Source: a virus (Duplodnaviria; Caudoviricetes). Taken from it: a stretch of 25,998 bases of DNA. Made by a program: the position numbers and the translations under genes. Under the pieces are notes generated by a model. The model was given only the letters and a program-made list of their open reading frames with translations. It searched no databases and was not told where the DNA came from. The stretch lies in IMG/VR virus record IMGVR_UViG_3300025108_000336, positions 1 to 25,998 of that record, one strand, 5' to 3'. Positions 24,706 to 25,998 of this stretch are shown piece after piece; within the stretch, counting starts at the first letter, position 1, and every line of letters begins with the position of its first letter.

Positions 24706-25998
24706 TTATCGACGAACTCTGATTTTGCTTTTGCCGTAGCTAGTCACATTGCTACCAGAGATTTGTATCGGCTTGTCTGAGGCAGGATGATCTTCAAACT
24801 CGCTAGCGTCTGCAACAGTAACCGTGCGCCTGACCTTGCGTTTTCCTTTTTTTGATGGGTATGTGTGTGAAAGATTTGGCTCAATGATGCCTGCCCACTC
24901 TGCTTCTGCAATGTATCCAAACGCATCTGAGTCGTGACATGCCCAGTTGTTTACGATCCTGGATGTAATGGTAGCAGATTCTTTCTCCTCCTTGGCTTGG
25001 TAGCTCTCGAGAGAATCGCGCAGGTCTACGGTCTTGTCCTTGTTAAAATAGATGTTGGCGAACATCTCGCGCATCCTGTTAATCCTGCGCCACACGTCAT
25101 CGGTGCGCGGTATGATGGCTATGTTCTTCAGGCCTGCGGTGTATAGCTCTTGAGAAAAAGACATGCCTCCCGGTCTGGTCTGATTAGCATCATGTGGCAA
25201 ACAGTGCGTGCCATAGTTATAACCCTTAGCCAACATGTGGGCAACACGGTCACCGGTCTCCAGGTCTAGCCCGGTGTCGTGGTCAATGATTCGTATCGTG
25301 GGGCCGACCATCTGGAAGTAAATGACTCGAGTGTTCCAGGGCGATCCTAAGTCCCACACAGTGTGGACTAGCGCACCCTTGTCGCGCTCGAAGTTCATCA
25401 CACGGCCTGCGGCTTCTGCTTCTGCCACTTGCTTGGCGTAAATGGCACCGACGATGCCGACCGTGGGATCATTCTCATACTCTTGCCGGTATGCCTCTTC
25501 GGTCATCATCGGGTCTGTGCGGATCTCGTTCAGCTCTTGGTCATCCAGGATGCCTGACTCGCTTGCCTTCAGGTTCATCGTGAACCAGGAGTCTATTTGC
25601 TTGCCTTCACTGTATCGCTTCCATTGTCCCTTCTTGCCCTTCACGGTGCCGATCCAGATGCACCATCCTTTGTAGTCGGTCAGGCAGGGACGTATGACCT
25701 CGCGCCAGGCTACAGGGTCGATGTCCTCTGGCTCGTCGATGATGATGCCGTCGAAGTAAAGACCCCGCATGCGCTCGTAGCTCTCGCCCGAGTATAGCCG
25801 CATGGTCGTCTTGTCTGGCAGCGTTACCTTCAGCTCTGACTCGTTGGTCTGCACCCCGGGTATGTTTGCCGTAAAATCTTTAAGATAATTCCAGGCGATG
25901 TCCTTGGCCTGGGCTTGGGTAGGCGCGATGTATGCGTATCGCTTGGGTGGCCCTGGCCGGTTGTGGCTTATGGCTCTCTTTAACAGCTTCTGAAGGCT
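24706..25998 (-). CDS. terL: Terminase large subunit (5'-truncated by window edge)
   Basis: Frame is open from 25998 (SLQKLLKRA...RYAYIAPTQAQAKDIAWNYLK). RGLYFDGIIIDE Walker B, IGT coupling motif, AYRQEYE, nuclease motifs VWDLG, LPHDA and HDSDAFGY. Confidence 0.97.
   Translation of the reverse strand, partial: SLQKLLKRAISHNRPGPPKRYAYIAPTQAQAKDIAWNYLKDFTANIPGVQTNESELKVTLPDKTTMRLYSGESYERMRGLYFDGIIIDEPEDIDPVAWREVIRPCLTDYKGWCIWIGTVKGKKGQWKRYSEGKQIDSWFTMNLKASESGILDDQELNEIRTDPMMTEEAYRQEYENDPTVGIVGAIYAKQVAEAEAAGRVMNFERDKGALVHTVWDLGSPWNTRVIYFQMVGPTIRIIDHDTGLDLETGDRVAHMLAKGYNYGTHCLPHDANQTRPGGMSFSQELYTAGLKNIAIIPRTDDVWRRINRMREMFANIYFNKDKTVDLRDSLESYQAKEEKESATITSRIVNNWACHDSDAFGYIAEAEWAGIIEPNLSHTYPSKKGKRKVRRTVTVADASEFEDHPASDKPIQISGSNVTSYGKSKIRVRR

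Noticed and set aside
325-25797. Numerous short plus-strand and nested alternate-frame ORFs in the track
   Set aside because: All overlap well-supported minus-strand genes and show no recognisable protein features.

Overview
The whole window is the virion morphogenesis region of a tailed dsDNA phage (or prophage) of podovirus type with T7/BPP-1-like gene order. All credible genes are on the minus strand. Reading right to left: terminase large subunit (5'-truncated by the window edge), small genes, portal, four small genes including a DUF3310 protein, scaffold, major capsid protein, probable decoration protein, tail adaptor, tail nozzle, GNAT-like protein, three internal virion (ejection) proteins, a short tail-fibre anchor protein and the start of further tail genes. 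The main oddity is the ~3,344 aa third ejection protein. Its middle is an in-frame array of six modules, each bounded by a recurring [Y/F]-S-I motif (DNA TWY AGC ATH). The array includes a zinc peptidase, two ADP-ribosyltransferase-like domains with near-identical flanking arms but divergent cores, and unknown domains. Also notable are a ~315 aa insertion of CBM5/12-like repeats inside the nozzle, a terminator/alternative-hairpin element in the capsid leader, and a branched RNA-like structure plus promoter right after terL. I saw no integrase, lysis, replication, tRNA, rRNA or CRISPR features. All family assignments come from motif recognition by eye, not database searches.
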